Below are positions 48,901-62,900 of a stretch of DNA of 64,000 nt, piece after piece. The translations under genes and the position numbers were made by a program. Origin of the DNA: Vitrella brassicaformis CCMP3155 (lineage: Eukaryota; Protista; Chromerida); NCBI GenBank assembly GCA_001179505.1, contig CDMY01000415.1, positions 18,734 to 82,733 on the forward strand. Reading direction: 5' to 3'. The notes beneath the pieces are model-generated. The model had not been told where the DNA came from. It did not search any database and saw only the letters and a program-made list of their open reading frames with translations. Numbering within the stretch: position 1 is the stretch's first letter; every line of letters begins with the position of its first letter.

Positions 48901-51181
48901 ACAGACAGATGGACAGACAGACAGAAAGCAATGAAGGTGGGCGGCGCGTGTGGTGGGTGGTGTGGTGTGGTGTGGTGTCTGTCGTGTGTTGAATATATAC
49001 GTGCCTGCGCAGCTTTGGTGTACTGCTTCTGGTCGAACAGCGTCTGTGCGTGCCGGCAGATAACGCCGTCTCGCTGCTCGGTGGTGCGGCAGTGGCGAAG
49101 GGCAGAGTCGTACTCGCCTGCACAGGCAGATACAAGTCTGTCTGTGCTGTCTGTCTGTCCGTTTCTCCCCCCCGCACCCACTTACCCTTTTTGAGGTATA
49201 GTTTCCAGATGTTGGTGTCTTCGTTGGTGAGGATGATCTCGTATAAGTACAGCTCAGAGTACAGCCAGAGCGTGCCGTCAAAGGCGTCCTTGAGCAGCCG
49301 CCTCGGCATCCCGTACTTCTGCGCAGGCAATGCATGTTCCGTCACCTACACACACACACATCCATCCATCCATCAACCCACACAATGCAATTACCCTTTC
49401 GAATGTGATTCTAGAGACGACGAGCAGCCGTTCGTCATAGAGCATCAGGAGGTGGTGGTTGGTGAGCGCCATGCTCTTGGGTGCGGGGGGCGGCACGGGG
49501 AGCAGCTTGAGCTCGGCATCAGTCGCACCCGTGTTCGACCGGTGCACCATTGGTGCCGACTGTACTGCTGATGTGGTGGCACCCTGTGACACTGATGTGG
49601 GCGACACGAAGAGGGGCGGGGAGGGTGAGGGTGGGTAGGGCAGCACAACAGGGGGAGAGAGGATGGAATACGGTGGGGTGGGGGACGGCAGCAGCGACGT
49701 GTGCAACACACCAGCACTGGTTGACCCACCACAACACACCACCACAAACAGACAGAGGGAGGGAGGGAGGGAGGACACACACACACACACACACAAACAA
49801 AGAAAGTGTTCGTCCGCTCGTGTGGTGTGGTGTTGAGTGAGATTGGTAGCTATGCAGCCTCCCTGACCCACCCGGACATCCAGAAGAACTCCATGTGCCT
49901 GCCCGGTCCGCTGGCGATGAGCAGCTCACCGTGGCTGAGGTCCCGCCCCACCTCATATGTTAGGGCATCCATCTCATCCACACCCACACCGCCACCACCA
50001 CCACCACCGCCGCCCCCCCCAGGCGCACTGCTGGCGTATTTGTTGAACAGCTGCTCGTAAGACGACACCGTCCCCATAAAGGTGTACAGGTAGCGAGTCG
50101 ACACGGCAATCACCAGCAGGCGACGGGCTGACGCGGGGGCGGGGGCGTCCGCTTGCACAGTCTGATTGATGATCGATGTTCAAATCACCGGCAAGCGAGA
50201 GACCACATCAAGTATGTCTGGTCTGGTGTGGTTACTGGTGCGTTTGGCAGCACGTCGGCGAATATGTCGACCACGGGGGACTTCTTGGGGAGCTCAAACA
50301 GCGTCTTGACGACCTCCTTTCGCTGTTCGATGACTGCCTCGAGGATGGTGCCGCCCTTGGTGCCGATGAGGATCTCCCGGGTGTTGGTCTGTGTGGGGCT
50401 CCTGTCCCACGCCACACACTCGATGAAGTGGCCACGCAGACGGCCGATGCTACGCGCGCGGCTGGACTGGTAATTCAGATACCTGCACCTCCACACAGAG
50501 AGAGGGATGCAGTCATGTGACTCCCTGGTCTGTCTGTCTGTGTCTGTCTGTCTGTCTGTCTGTGTGTGTGTGGAGGTTCAACCCCTTCTGTGTGTCGACC
50601 GACCAGTTGTCTCCGTTAGCGAGTGTGATGAGCGTGTGATAGCCTTTCGGGTCGACAAATATCCTGGAGATGCTCAGACGAACCGACGCCTCCTGACGAT
50701 CTGAACGAACGAACGACAAAGAGAGGGAAAGGGATCGTCGCCACTGTGCTCTCGCTCCCCCAGTGAATGACTGACTGACTGACTGACTGACTGCCTCACC
50801 CCCGAGTTCGATCATCTCGAGTGTGTTGTCATCGGGACACCACCGCCACAGCTCGCCATTCAGGAACCCGAGCATGAAGCAGCGCGAATTCACACACACC
50901 CACCGCAGCCCACCCTTGGCATTCACCGAATGTAAAGCTGTGCCGCCCCGCTCACCGCCCCTCGGCTGACTCAACAAATGGTCCAGCCGCACCAGCTTGA
51001 GCGATATCGACGGGCCGGCCGGGTGTGATGCAGGCGGGCTGAAGAGACCGCCGCCACTAAGGGATGCCGACGGATGCGCCGCTGCATCTGCGGTCCATGG
51101 GTTGGTGGACGGCATGTCGGCGGCGCCGTGGACCACCAGATCATCGATGTCGGGCTCGTCGAATGAGCGCAGTAGCGACAT
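45974..51181 (-). CDS. VPS18: Vacuolar protein sorting 18 (Pep3/deep orange; HOPS/CORVET)
   Basis: RIFVDPKGYHTLI, IECVAWD, EILIGTKGG, SMALTNHHLLMLY, YTKAAQKYAQT, RKRLWLSIVEH, C-terminal RING CDLC...FPCGHAFHAVC...ECPICG. Confidence 0.95.
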
Positions 51182-51356
51182 CGAATGCCGGATGGATGCA
51201 GATCACGGCCACAGATGAGATTCCATAGACAGAATGGGACGAATGGGATGAGATGAGGCGAGATCACCTCAAGAGGAGCCCGTGAGCTAAGCTTGCAGAT
51301 GGTTTCCAGCTCGCATCTTCTGTGGGAAGCAGTTTCGACGTGAATTCATTCATCGG

Positions 51357-52506
51357 ATGGAGTCCAATCAGTGGAGTTCGCCAACGGAGTTCTGGGATCT
51401 GCCGCCCTTCTTCACGTGGGGCATCTGAGAACCTGCACAGACACAGCCACGCACAGATCTGTCCATGCTGCTTACGCCATGTGCACAAGTCTGCCTTGCT
51501 TGATTCACTTGGTTTGTTTGTTCAGCATCCAGCCGACCGACGCGACTCGTGAGAAGCAGCTGAGCCTGTGGCTGCAGGTGGTGTGCCACTACTGCAGGGC
51601 GCAGCGGCAGTACTTCATCGACATATCCGAGCGAATGGCCGACTCTGCCCCCTTCCACAATGCCAAAGCCAAGAGTGAGTGAGCCTACACAGTCAATGAA
51701 TGAATCACTGAATCACTGGTGGGACGTGTGTGCAGGGAAGCTGACGCTTGACGGACTGCGCAAGATCTGCAGCTACATGGTCCAACACGGTGAGGAGTCG
51801 ATAAGTCAAGGAAACACACAATTGCCGGCCCCATGTCTGTGTGCAGCTTGCTTGCTGCGTGTGTGTGTGGGGGGTCGTCAGGCCATGGTGTGTGGATGGA
51901 CGAGGGTCAGAACCGCATGGCTGTCTTCTGGCGGAAGCCGCAGGAGTGGGCCGCCGCCATATACAGATGGGTAGGTAGAGAGCAAAAGGAACGGACGGGA
52001 TTTGTTCATTTATTCATTCGACGCGCGAACCAGACACCTACCTGGACGAGGGCCATTAATTCATTCTTGTTCGTTTGCGACGTGCAGGCGTCTGACTCAG
52101 GCCATCTGAACAGTGTGGAAACGCTCTTCTCGCTGAGGGAGGGGGACGACACAAGAGACCAAGGTCAGGCAGGCAGAAAGGCCAAGCAGGCACGTACGAC
52201 CCGCACCACCTTGGTGGCTGGGTTGCTGGCTGATGTGTGTTCGTTGCTTTTGTGTTGCAGATTTCCACGGCTTGCCTCACGAGATCCTGTTGATAGCTCT
52301 GCAAGCACTCGAGGGCCAGGGCAAGGCACAGGTGTGCGGCCACATGAATGAAGCCTCGTGGTGTCCTGCCGTGTCATTCTGTCACTGTCCACCTGTCTGT
52401 CTGTCCACCTGTCTGTTTTTCTGTCTGTCTGGGTTGATCCATGCAGATATTTCGCGGTTCGTCGAGTGACCATGACGGGGTCAAGTTCTTCTCCCAGGCC
52501 GCATGA
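51357..52506 (+). CDS. VPS25: ESCRT-II subunit VPS25
   Basis: MESNQWSSPTEFWDLPPFFT|IQPTDATREKQLSLWLQVV..., VFWRKPQEWAAAIYRW, VETLFSLREGDDT, FHGLPHEILLIALQALEGQGKAQ|...GVKFF. Confidence 0.93.
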
Positions 52507-52842
52507 GTGCGTGGGGCCCTGTCAGATATCTCACCAGATGGTGACACGTGGCTGCATGCTGTGCTGTACTAAGTGGACGCCATTGCTACAACAGGTGCGT
52601 GTCGATTGCCCGAGCAGAGTTCAGCGGGCCCCGACCGTCTGCCACCGACCAGGGAGGCAGTTAGCTGAGAGACCATTTAACTGAGAGTCTGGCTGTCTCT
52701 GCCACACACACACTCATGAAAGTTTGGCCGTCGGTTGCATGGTTGGTTGGTTACACCCGCGTCTGTAACCCAGAAGCGCATCTCGTGCAAATACGGCGAT
52801 CGCCTTTCTTTCGCCTTTTGCCGCAGCAGATCTGTTGTGCAC

Positions 52843-55025
52843 ATGCTGCCATTCTCCAAGTATGACGTTGCCAAGGTGCGGGTCTTCACCGACGGCAAGC
52901 CCGGTGCGTCGGGGTCTTCGTCCCACGAACAGGAGGGACACTTCTACATCTTCAGCCGCCTGCTGCTGGCACAGATGCTCACCACGGCATACCTCAGGGT
53001 ATCTCAGTCAGATCATGAAATGAATGAATGCGGAACACAAGGCAGACAGACAGAGATCTGTCTGTTCTGTTGTGTGTATGTTTGTGCATGATTGGGTGGC
53101 TGGTTGCAGAGTGAGGATGCGCTGCAGGTGGCATTGGCAGTGAAGCGGCTGATCGTGGACAGTGGCTTCACGGACATAACCCAGACTCAGCTCGAGCGCA
53201 TCCTCGAGCGGGTCCTCGCGCACTTCGAAGAGGCCGACAGGTCGGTCCGTCAGCACACTAACACTAACGAAGCAACATGAATAGATCAGCCAGCCTCTCG
53301 TGTGCCCTCTTCCTTCCTCGCAGGTTGAGCTTCACCACTCACCACCGGCACTCTGCCACCTCAGTGCGGTCATCTGCCGACCTCGGCCGCCAAGCCTGCA
53401 TCGACTCAGACCAGCTGTCAGTCACCATCAATCACGACCCCCGGCAGCCGCCGCCGCCGCCGGATGTTCCCTTGTCAGAGGAGGTTGCAGATCTGATGGA
53501 GAGGTACCGGTGCGTGAGGGCCTTTCTCAACCTGCGCCAGGCTATCGTGGTCTTCCTCATGGGAACGGTGCGTACGCCAAGTGCCTATCTATCTACCATG
53601 GGTGTGGTGTATGGATGTGTGTGTGATATGCATCCGTGGACGCAGGCCGGGATAGGCAAGTCGTTTCTGGCGATGAAGCTGGCGGAGCGGCTCAACGTGC
53701 CCAACGTGCTGACCACTCGAGTGGCGGGCGACCTTATGCTCCACAAGGATGGCAAAACCATTCCCAGATGCAAGGTGAGTCAGTCGATGCACAGACGGTC
53801 AGGCGGACGGTCCGACAGTCGGACAGAGACCGCATTGTCCTCTCTCTCTTTGTGTGTTGTTTGCGTATGTGGATGGGTACATCTGCAGGTGTTTGACAGC
53901 GACGAGGATGCGATCGCGCATTTCCACGAGACGAGTGCGATAGTCTGCAGCGGCCTCAAGGGGGACCTCGACAAGGCATGGAACAACGGCAAATCCATCA
54001 TCTTCGAGGCACGAACACACACACACCCTATAGTATACCGGTTCCCTGATGCATGTGTGTGTGTGTGTTCATTCAGGGTCTCCATCTGAACCCATCGCTG
54101 TTCTTCGACATCCAGGCTGACGAGCCCCCCTCGCCAGACGTCCCCCTCTCGCCCCCATTCAACCCCGACCACAAGCCCCCGTCCCCCAGACCCCTCCCAC
54201 CCGCGTCACACAGGCTGCCATACGACACATCAGAGCCCATTCACGAGGACCTGCCACTCGATGACCACCTGCCCATCCAGACTAAGAGCTCTGCGTCGAG
54301 CGTCCTTCGGCACGTCACCACCAGAAGGACGGCGCTCAGGCGGCCGCCGCTGCTGGAATATGAGACTAGTGGCAGCAGCACGGGCAGCAGCAGCGGCAAG
54401 GAGTCGAATGGTGGGAACGGCACCAGCAGCGGGTTGCCTCAGGCGTTGGTGGTGCCCTTCCTGGTGGTGTGCTCGAGGGAAGACCACAAAGAGGCACTCA
54501 GAAGTGGACCGGTGAGTGAGCCATGATGGGGGAGTGGAATGGATGGTGGTCCATGTGTGCACGTGGCTTGGCTGCGGGTGTATAGCTTTTGGAGACTGCG
54601 GGGAAGAGGCTGTCACGGAGCGACTTCGACAAGCTCCTCAGCAACCTGCAGACGATCCAGAGGTGCGAACCGAACAACATGCACTCACTGCAGTCAGTAC
54701 TGCGCATATGAGTGAGTGCAGACGTGATGGTGTGGCGGTGGTGTGTTGTGTTGTGTGCAGGGTGTTTCTCAAGTACGCGTCGTCTCTCAATGTGGTGCGC
54801 GTCCGGTCCGTCGACCCATCGGCCTTCGATTCTGTCCTGGTGAGCGATTACATCCATATATGAATGGGTGTGTGGACGGACACATCGTGTATGTGAGTGA
54901 TGTGTTTGTATGTGTGGACTGGACAGGGTCATCTGCAGGAGGCCGTGTTTGAGGCGATGCGCATGCACGTGCAGAAGGTGAATCAGGTCAAGCAGCAGCA
55001 GCAGCAGCAGCAGCACCGGACGTGA
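52843..55025 (+). CDS. LPA1-like / 2-phosphoglycerate-kinase-related P-loop NTPase
   Basis: SKYDVAKVRVF...HFYIFSRLLLAQML, QVALAVKRLIVD, IVVFLMGT|AGIGKSFLAMKLAERLNVPNVLTT, KAWNNGKSIIFE, poly-Q C-terminus. Matches the plant LPA1-type architecture. Confidence 0.85.
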
Positions 55026-56479
55026 TTCAAGGACGCGCCATGGACAGCTGGGTGCGGTGCACAGATGCTGTGTGCATGGGTGTGTGTGAATGACGATGGC
55101 CATATCGGGGAGAGCGGCCATCGTCATCGCCACCCCTGACTTTCGCTGAGGTTGAGAGCGGCGAAGTAAGGCTGGACCATGGGCGCAAGACGCCTCACCA
55201 GCCTAATTGCCAAAATTTACCACCCAACGGCGACTGTTCAGCGATCCCGCATCTCGCGGTCGAACTCATCTTGTGGGTCCTGACAGCGTGCAGGCGAGAG
55301 CATCAGAGCGGATGCTGCGTCCTCCCCTGCCAGCGAGTCGCGGGAAGGGGCCTCACACGCACAGTCCGCATAGAAGCCAAATTATGGCCAACCCCCCTGC
55401 AGCAACATTAAACCCCACATCGGTCAGCACGTGCCGTCTCAGAACCCCGCACCCCCTGCAGTGACATTACGCTGCCCCATCTTCCCTGGAGCGGCAATGA
55501 AGTCGGATGGAACCACAAAGATAGAGGGGCCTACTGTTTTCGAGCTCACTCGTTGGTGGTTGGTGACGGGATGAGCGACGGGGCTGCATGTTTGTGCATC
55601 AATTCATCCTTGCAGCGATGCAGCTGAAGTTCATCGTGTAGTCGAGAACGGTCGTGGGTGAGCAGCGATATGTATGCTTCTGGGTCAGATACTCAGTGCA
55701 TCCAGTGCAAAGCGAAGCGTGAGTGCGTACGCACTGCCGGAAGAACGATGAGTGGGTGGGTGGGTGATGGAACCAGCTCCATGTCTCTCGTGCATGCAAC
55801 CAATTCCAGGCAACCCTGTCGTCGCACTCAAATGGTTCGTATGGGGTGTGTATCAGGGCTCCTGCCTATGGAGGTCCGCGGCACAGAACAAACAAGAACA
55901 GTCGATGATGCATGATGTAATGATACAGTAAAGAGCTACAGACACTGAAATGGACAAACGATGCTCATGAGCAGCACACGTGAATGCAATAGACATGGAC
56001 GGACATGCAGACGACAGACAGACATTCAACCAACGAGCACGGCGCATACATCCAGGCCATATATCTCCACACGCCTGCTCAGGGGGCACCCTCAGACGTC
56101 ATGAGGCGTCTTATCTCACTGACAACACCAGCACTGCTGTTGTCCCCTCAACACATCCCGCTCTCCTGCTGGACACTTCTCCTGGCCATCGTTGTGGGAC
56201 TTCAGACTTCTGCATGTCCTCGCACTTCTGGCTCGTCGGAGCTTTCAAATATTGGCTCGGCCCTGCCTTGTAAGTCAAATCGCGCCTTTGTACGCGATGC
56301 TGAGTGAGGCATCTTGTCACCTGCTGCTTTCACAAATTGCACGCGTGCTGCTGAGCGGCGAGAGTGAAAAAAGACACTTTTCTGCTTCTTCGCCTCGGCC
56401 AGGATCTGCGAGCTAAGCCGAATCATTAGCAGCGTTCTCCTCGCTCCTGAACACGGCTGTGGTATGTTCTGTGTGTGTC

Positions 56480-58631
56480 CCTCAGGCTGCCGTCACCGCT
56501 CGGAAAGGAAGCGTCGGTATCTGAGCTTGCGCTACTCTCCTGCACCAGAGCGGCTGCGTCCTACGCCGGATCTACCACTCACAGCGCTGCCTGTGACAGC
56601 AGAGAGGCCGCTATAATCGAGAAGGAAGAGGCGGCCATCTCGTCTTCGTTCAGCAATTCAGAGCGGGTGGCTGACCCTCCCAATACATAGTAGGACGCTC
56701 CTCTCTGGTACTATCACACTTTTGAGATCACATTGAGCACGATCATCCGCGCGAGCGATCGGAGAAGCTGTCGCCAAGGAGAAACCTGAGCAACGAGCAA
56801 GCAACGAGCTCACCGGCTGACGACGGCACCACCCTCAACGACAATGGGCTGCTGTTGTTCGCGTCCAGGGCATGGAGAGAGAGGTGAGCTGGATGAGAGG
56901 CAGATGAACGTCAGGAGGGGATGAAATTGGGATGACAGCACGTGCTGAAGACTGAGAGAGCAAACATACAGACGCATGTGGATGGCTTCTGTGTCGTCTT
57001 CGTGTGTGTGCAGGCCAGAGGGAGAGGGACAGGGACAGGGAGAGGGAGAGGGAGAGGGAGGGGGAGCGAGGGGTGGAGAGGGCGGCGAGAACGTCTGTCG
57101 CTTCGCAGGTAAGGAAAAGAGAAGGGCCCCATGTGGTTGGTGGTGTCAAAGAGGAAGTCTCATATGTCCGATCTATGCTCCTGTGTGTGTGCAGCGACGA
57201 GAGGGGGTGTCCCTGGCGGGGTGGCAGTACGCCAGGGCCCCTGCACCAACCACCACCACGGTACCACGAGCAAGACGAGCAGCTTGCTGGCCTCAATACA
57301 TCTCAATACGTACATTGTGTATGTCTGTAGGGGCCTGCAGCAGAGCAGCAAGGGGGGCAAGCCGCACCAGCACTGGTATGATAACATGCCCACAAGGAAT
57401 GATCAATGCACTCTTCCTGTGCGTGCCTGCAGCAGGGCCGAGCAGTGCACCGGTGGGAGGCGGGCAACCTCTCCCGCAGCTGCTCCGTGCGGCGGGAGGT
57501 GGGTAGTGGGCGGCTGATGCGCCACGGACGCTGCCCTTCCTGGGCGGCGATGTGGACGCGTTGCGGCTGGAAGGAGAGAGGATGGCGCAGGTAAGGGAAT
57601 GCCAAGAGACCATCATGCCATGCGCGATAGAAGGCCAGATCTCCCTGCGTGATGAATGTCAGGCTGAGGCCAAGAAGCGGCGCCGCAGCATCGCCCAGAT
57701 CGCCCTCACCGGCTGCCAGCGGCAGATCGAGGGCCTGCGGGCGCAGATCGAGATGCTGCGGGCCTCCAAGGCCGGCCGCCGCCAGACAGCGCGGGATGAG
57801 GCGTCAGCCGGGGAGACCATCCGGCAGCGGGAGGGACGGCTCCAGCAGCTACACCAGGATATCAACAAACTCAACAAGGATATAAGTAAGCGAAATACAG
57901 ACAAGACACACTACACAGACACATACACATACACAACGCAATGGAGCCCATCGTCGATGTCTGTTGTGCTTCAGACATGCTGGAGTTCCAAGTCCCCGCC
58001 TGCCCCCCGTCACGCCCTGCTGCTGCTTCTGCTGCCGCTGCGGCTGCGGCTGAGGTGCTGCCAACCCGCCGCCGGTCACCCACGCAGCCCACCACAGACA
58101 AGACGTCCAGCCACCGCAGCGCGCGACGGCCGCGCAGAGGCGCCGGTGCGGCCGCTGCTGCACAGCAGCCCATGGACGAGGCGGCCATGGCGCAGCAGCA
58201 GCAGGCCACGGACGAAGGGCTCCTACTCCTCTTGCTGGATGGCGAAGAACTGCCCAGGAGCGACGAGATGCGCCTGCGGCATCGCTACGAGTCGGCCATG
58301 AGGGAGAGGCGGGAGGCCGCAGCAGCTGCTGGTGGTGAGGACGTCGCCTCCCTTCCCTCCCAATGTCGGCGCACGCGCCGCGACGGCCGGACGGACCCGG
58401 AAAGTCCGTCACAGGCCGCGGGCACCGCATCGAGGAGCCGAGTGGCTGATGCAGCTACCTGACGCCTTTCCCTCCCTCGCCGCCCTCACCCTGCCGCGCG
58501 GCTCGACGAGTCGGCGGAGGTCCTCCTCGTCGTCGTTATCGCCCTCATCGCCGCTCGAAAGCTCATCTGCTCCTGGTGGTGATGGGGCTGCTGCTGCTGC
58601 TGCTAAGGCATTGGGAAGGGCGTCTTGGGAG
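56480..58631 (+). CDS. Hypothetical coiled-coil, low-complexity protein, possibly a pseudogene; runs into a gap
   Basis: Spliced segments ...GGDVDALRLEGERMAQ|ISLRDECQAEAKKRRRSIAQIAL...LQQLHQDINKLNKD|MLEFQVPA...; in-frame TAG at 57504-57506 upstream of these. Confidence 0.45.
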
Positions 58632-58931
58632 NNNNNNNNNNNNNNNNNNNNNNNNNNNNNNNNNNNNNNNNNNNNNNNNNNNNNNNNNNNNNNNNNNNNN
58701 NNNNNNNNNNNNNNNNNNNNNNNNNNNNNNNNNNNNNNNNNNNNNNNNNNNNNNNNNNNNNNNNNNNNNNNNNNNNNNNNNNNNNNNNNNNNNNNNNNNN
58801 NNNNNNNNNNNNNNNNNNNNNNNNNNNNNNNNNNNNNNNNNNNNNNNNNNNNNNNNNNNNNNNNNNNNNNNNNNNNNNNNNNNNNNNNNNNNNNNNNNNN
58901 NNNNNNNNNNNNNNNNNNNNNNNNNNNNNNN
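58632..58931. other. Assembly gap (300 N)
   Basis: N run. Confidence 0.99.
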
Positions 58932-59941
58932 GCGAGGGAGGAGAGGGAGCAAGGAGGGGCTAGAGGATGGAGTGAGGGAGGGAGGGGTCGAGGGTGTCAT
59001 TTTTCGTGGCCGGCGTGTGGAAGGGTGGGATGAAAGCAGGGAATGGAATGGTGGTCAAATTGGGTGCGTGTCGTGTGTGAGCAGTTCCTTGTACTGTCCG
59101 TTGATGCATTTAGACTGAGAGAACTGACCTCTACGGACATTCGTCACTAAGTGATGTGTCCTCCTTCGTATGCGCACCGCCGTGCTGCACGAGATGGACG
59201 GAAATCAGAGAGCAAACCTGGTCACTGAGTGGATTGTCATGTGTGATCGATGAGTGCGTGTGATGTGTGTCGTGGCTGCGTGTGTGCGTGTCATGGCAGA
59301 CAGACACAGACACAACTGGTAGAGGTACCTACTTGACATGGGCTAGGGAAATTGCGCACAAACATTCGATCCGGAGAAGATTTCCTGCACTAACTGCAAC
59401 ACACCATGGGAAGCAGTTACAGTAGAGGCACGCACGCAGCAGCTGGGTCCAGCTGGATGATGTCAGTCAACGGACAGCCACCTTGAATAAACCAACGACA
59501 CTCGCATCACACCACACCCATGCTGGCTGGCTTGGCTGTCGTTCGCACGACAAGAGCTCTACGTCAGGGTGTTTGACACTGAATAGGCGACGAAAGAAGC
59601 CCCACAGTTCGTGAATGCGAGGGGTGCTGCGTCGCCTACATCTATTTCAAACACACCGACGGTCACCCCGCTGAAACAACAATGCCGACAGAAAGAAAGA
59701 GCTTGCACAGAGAGAGACATTTGCCAGTGATCTTCCAGCGCACTGACTGACCCATTTACCAAGCGACACACCGACAAAAATGCACCGTCCTACTATCACG
59801 CCTCGACGCTTGCAAAAACAGGACACACTAACAGAGGGAGGGAGGGATGGACGAAAAAGCGTCGTGGAACCCGTTCGTCCGTCCGTCGTGATCAACATAA
59901 TGCAGCGCCCCATTTGAGCAAAGAAGCACCACTTGTGTGTG

Positions 59942-62900
59942 TCAGTTGCCCTGGCCGGATGCCCCGCCCGAGATCTGCCTGGTGATGGTGCCCAGGAGGT
60001 CCTTTCTCTCCTCTTGACGCGCATACACAAAGTCATCAACCTTACCACACACACACACACACACATATATACACACGAGCATATGTGAGCAACCGAACTG
60101 TCGCTCGGCAAGTGTACTGTACTGTACCTGTTGCCTGAGTGTGCGGAGGTAGTCGAGTAGCCTGGTGAAGAACCCCACGCCCTCGGACGCGTCCGAAAAC
60201 ACCTCCAGCATCGCTGTCGCAGCGCTCTCTACCTTCTGAACATACATACGAAAACACAACAAACACACCACAATCCGCTGAGAACGTCTCGCTGCGTTCC
60301 GTTCCGCTCTGCTCTGCTGTGCTCTGCAGTCTTGCCTTGAGGTATTGCGTCCGTTCGTCCTCCTTGTGTGTGGTCTCGGCCTGGTAGGCCGTCCAGGCGC
60401 CCTCGACCTCAACCCGCCCCCCGTTGGCCTTCTCGATCGCACCGCTGACCGCCTGCTGGTTGGCCTGGAACTTGACCAACTCACGGTCGATGACTCGCTC
60501 CAAGGGCTCGCCACGCTGCTTGGCCTGCACAGCACAGGGGCATCAGAGACATACATGAATGCATTTGGGCAAGCATGTGTCTGTCATTGGATTGGGTGCT
60601 GTTGTTGACCCACTGACTGACCCTCTTACCTCGATGAGTGCGCTGGTGATGTTGTCTGCGAGTACGGTGGTGCGGAATGACTCCATCTCCTTCTGCAGAC
60701 CATCCATGTGGCCCTCCAGAGCCGTCAACGCTGTCCGCACCTACAGAGACAGAACAAATGCATTTGGAGAGCGTGTGTGTATGGCTTATTGCCCCCCACC
60801 CCCCCCCCGTCTGTCTGTCTGTCTGTCTGGGGTCACCTTAGTCTTTGCGGGCGAGTCCGCCTCCGCCCCATCTTTGCCCGATGGGATCGTTGCCTCGATC
60901 TCGGAGCGGTTCTTGCTCAGCAGGGGCGCCATGGATGCCTGCGAACGGAACTTCTCCAGGACGGACGCATTCGCCGTCTCGGCTTGCTGCACAACACAAA
61001 CACACACACCCGTCACGTCACGCCCCCATGCCATGGATGGACCCAACGCACATGCGTCATTCATTAGAGTACCTGCAGCTTGGTGCCGTATTGGGTGATC
61101 GAGTTGAAGAAGTTGCCATTAAGCGTGTCGGACGGCATTCTGGTCCAAGAGCCGCTGAACCGCTCCCTCCCGCTCTGGTCATCCTTGGCCTCCTGTTCAA
61201 GCTGCTCCTTGAGCGACGCCAAAATCGCCCTGGCCTCCTCGGTGTTCTTTTGTAATGTGGAGCAGGTGTGATCGAGGCCCTGCTGGCCGCCCTTGAGCTG
61301 CACCTGCTGGATCTTGTTCCACACCGAGTCGGGGAGCTTCCCCGATGTGCTGTCGACGGAGAAGGGCAGGCCGCGGTCGACGAGGGCCTTCTGCACCGCA
61401 CCACTGCACGTGTTGACCTCTCGCTGCACCTCGGACACCAGCGACTCGCACCTGAGAACCAACGGATGGATGGGAGAGGGAGAGGGAGAGTGGGTGTTGT
61501 CATGTCATGGTGTGGTTAAGTAAGTTGGTTGTGTGAGTCGAGGTGAGGTATCTATCTCCCTGTGCGTGTGTGTGCCTACCTTGTGGTGTACTCGTCAGCC
61601 TTTGCCCTGACGTCTGCCGGTACAAGGCGATCGAAGGCCTGAGTGGCCGACTCCAGGGGCTCACACAACTCCTGCAACACATTCGTTTGCACGGGGTGGC
61701 CGGCTTGGTATGTATTTGTTTGTGTCGTGTCGGTTGGTGTCAGGGCGCACGCACGTCCGTACCTGGACTGTGACGGGTGTGGCCCTGACGGTGGCGATCA
61801 TCTCCAAAGGAGGCAGCGTCTTCGGATCGGGAACTATCTGCATCACACACCGACACAGACACACAGACACACAGACCATTGACATGCCCACAACAAGAAG
61901 GTCGGTCGCTGTGACATGCCTGCCGATCTCTGCCTCCCTCCCTCCGTCCCACCCCCCTACCCACCTCAAGGTAGATGATGTTGTTGTTCTTCTCGAGAGT
62001 GGCGAGCTCAGCGGTGAGGGTCTGCTGCAGTGTGCCGAGGTTGCAGGAGAGGCTGTTGGCCTTGGCGATGCCGAAGGCGTGCTCGCACAGACTGGTGGCC
62101 AGCTTGAGCCGGGCTATGAGCGACCCGAAGCCCTCGGACTTCTCCTCGACCCTCTCCTTCTCAGCCATGGCGAACTGGAAATGCGCCGCGGTCAGAAAGG
62201 CCTGCTCCTGCAACCTGCACACAGACAGACGAACACATGGATGTGATGGAGGTCTCTTCTATGGATATGCCTGCCTGTGTTGGAGGGAGGCCTCGTGTGT
62301 GTGTGTGTACCTGAAGTGTGCGGCCCATGAGGGGTCGATCTGTCCCGCCACTTGCTGGGCGAAGTTGAGGGCCGCGGCGTAGAACTGAGCTACCTGACAA
62401 GCCAACTTGCTCTGCGCGACACGAACGAACGAACAGCAAAGAGCATCATGGAGAGAGATGTGTGTGGGCGGGGCGGGAGAGGTCAATAAATGGCACGGGT
62501 GCCGGCAACTTGATTATCATGCAATGCATACCAGGAGGGATCTGTTGAGCCTGTCCTTGACTGCCTTCTCATAAAAACACGACTGGGCCTGCAGACAGAC
62601 AGACAGACAGACATTTCTCTCTTCATTGCCGTACATGTGTGCTTCCCTTGTCACGTGTGCCTGCCCACCTGTGCAAGGAGGAATGAGATGCACATGCTGA
62701 TAGTGGGGTCGAGCAGGTCCACTGTGGTGGGGCCACCGATGCCCCCGATGATCTGGTCGCGCAGCAGGGAAAACACTCCTGCCGCCTACAATGCAGCCAT
62801 CCATCCATCGACAGCGATAGCGACAAGCCCATCCCATGCACGCGCACACACGTTGACACACTTGAAGCCCTTCTCTGCCCTCTGCCTGCTGACCACCCTG

